DNA of 365 nt from Escherichia coli (lineage in GTDB: Bacteria > Pseudomonadota > Gammaproteobacteria > Enterobacterales > Enterobacteriaceae): NCBI RefSeq assembly GCF_003334385.1, contig NZ_QOWN01000189.1, one strand, 5' to 3'. The position numbers and the translations under genes are program-made. Positions 1 through 365 of this stretch are shown here, piece by piece; positions within the stretch are counted from its first letter, which is position 1; each line of letters begins with the position of its first letter. Below the pieces are notes generated by a model. That model saw nothing but the letters and a program-made list of their open reading frames with translations, did not search any database and was not told the origin of the DNA.

Positions 1-365
1 GCGCTGTTGGTCGCCAGGTAAAGATGCGGGCTTAACCGGATATCCGGCGGCAGCGCCCCCCACAGCCGCGCCAGCGTGTGGCCGTCCGGCTGCGCTGCCT
101 TACCACCGCGCACCAGCCACATTGACTCGCTGCGGCTGTACACCGCCTCCCCCGGCAGCAGCGGCTCAAAGTGAATGCTCCGCCCGCCGTTGTCGTTGAG
201 TACCAGTGCATCATCGCGTAGCTGTAAGCGGATATCAGAAGGCGCTTTCCAGCCGGGGCCAAACACTCCCACCGGCGCGGGTGTCCTGGTCCGGTAGCTG
301 CTGTAGGTGCGGGAGAGAATGAACGGCAGCGGGCCGGGCAGCGCAAGGTCCGTCTCGCCGGGCAG
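1..365 (-). CDS. rhs: Internal fragment (partial at both ends) of an Rhs-family protein gene, covering the conserved N-terminal region upstream of the YD-repeat core; in-frame codons run from + position 365 down to 3
   Basis: Seen in sequence: this minus-strand frame has 121 consecutive sense codons with no stop, while the other frames I translated (minus frame 3 and all three plus frames) contain stops. Third-codon-position GC is about 79% by hand count (25 of 121 codons end in A/T) and CTG dominates for Leu, as expected for a real gene in a GC-rich enterobacterial-type sequence. The translation reads as a plausible protein rather than the Arg/Cys/Trp-rich product of an off-frame read. Established knowledge (from memory, not searched): the stretch LPGETDLALPGPLPFILSRTYSSYR...GPGWKAPSDIRLQLRDD...NDNGGRSIHFEPLLPGEAVYSRSESMWLVRGG...LSPHLYLATNS closely matches the N-terminal region of E. 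coli-type RhsA/B/C proteins. Paralog cannot be assigned, so the symbol is given at family level only. Confidence 0.8.
   Translation of the reverse strand, partial: MPGETDLALPGPLPFILSRTYSSYRTRTPAPVGVFGPGWKAPSDIRLQLRDDALVLNDNGGRSIHFEPLLPGEAVYSRSESMWLVRGGKAAQPDGHTLARLWGALPPDIRLSPHLYLATNS

Noticed and set aside
24-35. ATG at 24-26 on the plus strand
   Set aside because: It is followed by a stop codon three codons later (TAA at 33-35) and has no convincing upstream ribosome-binding site; it lies inside the minus-strand gene.
36-47. Perfect 12-bp palindrome CCGGATATCCGG (contains an EcoRV site GATATC flanked by CCGG), with the 8-mer CGGATATC recurring at 229-236
   Set aside because: Both copies fall inside the coding frame and encode the same Asp-Ile-Arg tripeptide in two similar short peptide motifs (PPDIRLS and PSDIRLQ). 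The DNA repeat is most simply explained by a short repeat within the protein rather than a regulatory or recombination site. There is no spacer architecture or flanking promoter-like sequence suggesting an operator.
2-198. Plus-strand frame open for about 66 codons with no stop
   Set aside because: It has no in-frame ATG, its translation is very rich in Ala, Pro, Arg and Cys, and it is antisense to a strongly supported gene. Long antisense open frames are expected by chance in 67% GC DNA.
1-365. Possible promoter, terminator, tRNA/ncRNA, CRISPR repeat or insertion-sequence terminus
   Set aside because: There is no AT-rich -10/-35-like region, no GC-rich hairpin followed by a T-run, no repeat-spacer periodicity and no terminal inverted repeats. 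The whole window is explained by continuous coding sequence.

Overview
The whole 365-bp window appears to be an internal piece of one protein-coding gene on the minus strand, with no start or stop codon inside the window. The frame whose codons run from + position 365 down to 3 is open for all 121 codons and translates to LPGETDLALPGPLPFILSRTYSSYRTRTPAPVGVFGPGWKAPSDIRLQLRDDALVLNDNGGRSIHFEPLLPGEAVYSRSESMWLVRGGKAAQPDGHTLARLWGALPPDIRLSPHLYLATNS. From memory, this closely matches the conserved N-terminal region of enterobacterial Rhs (rearrangement hotspot, YD-repeat polymorphic toxin) proteins, roughly residues 55-180 of a protein of about 1,400 aa. I cannot run a search, so the family assignment is recollection plus composition, and I cannot assign a paralog or species. 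The 104-aa ORF in the supplied track (32..346, minus) is in a different frame of the same strand and looks like an out-of-frame shadow ORF. I see no RNA genes, promoters, terminators, CRISPR repeats or mobile-element ends. Nothing in this window supports a novel system: it is the conserved part of a known family, and any variable toxin/immunity content would lie outside it, to the left.
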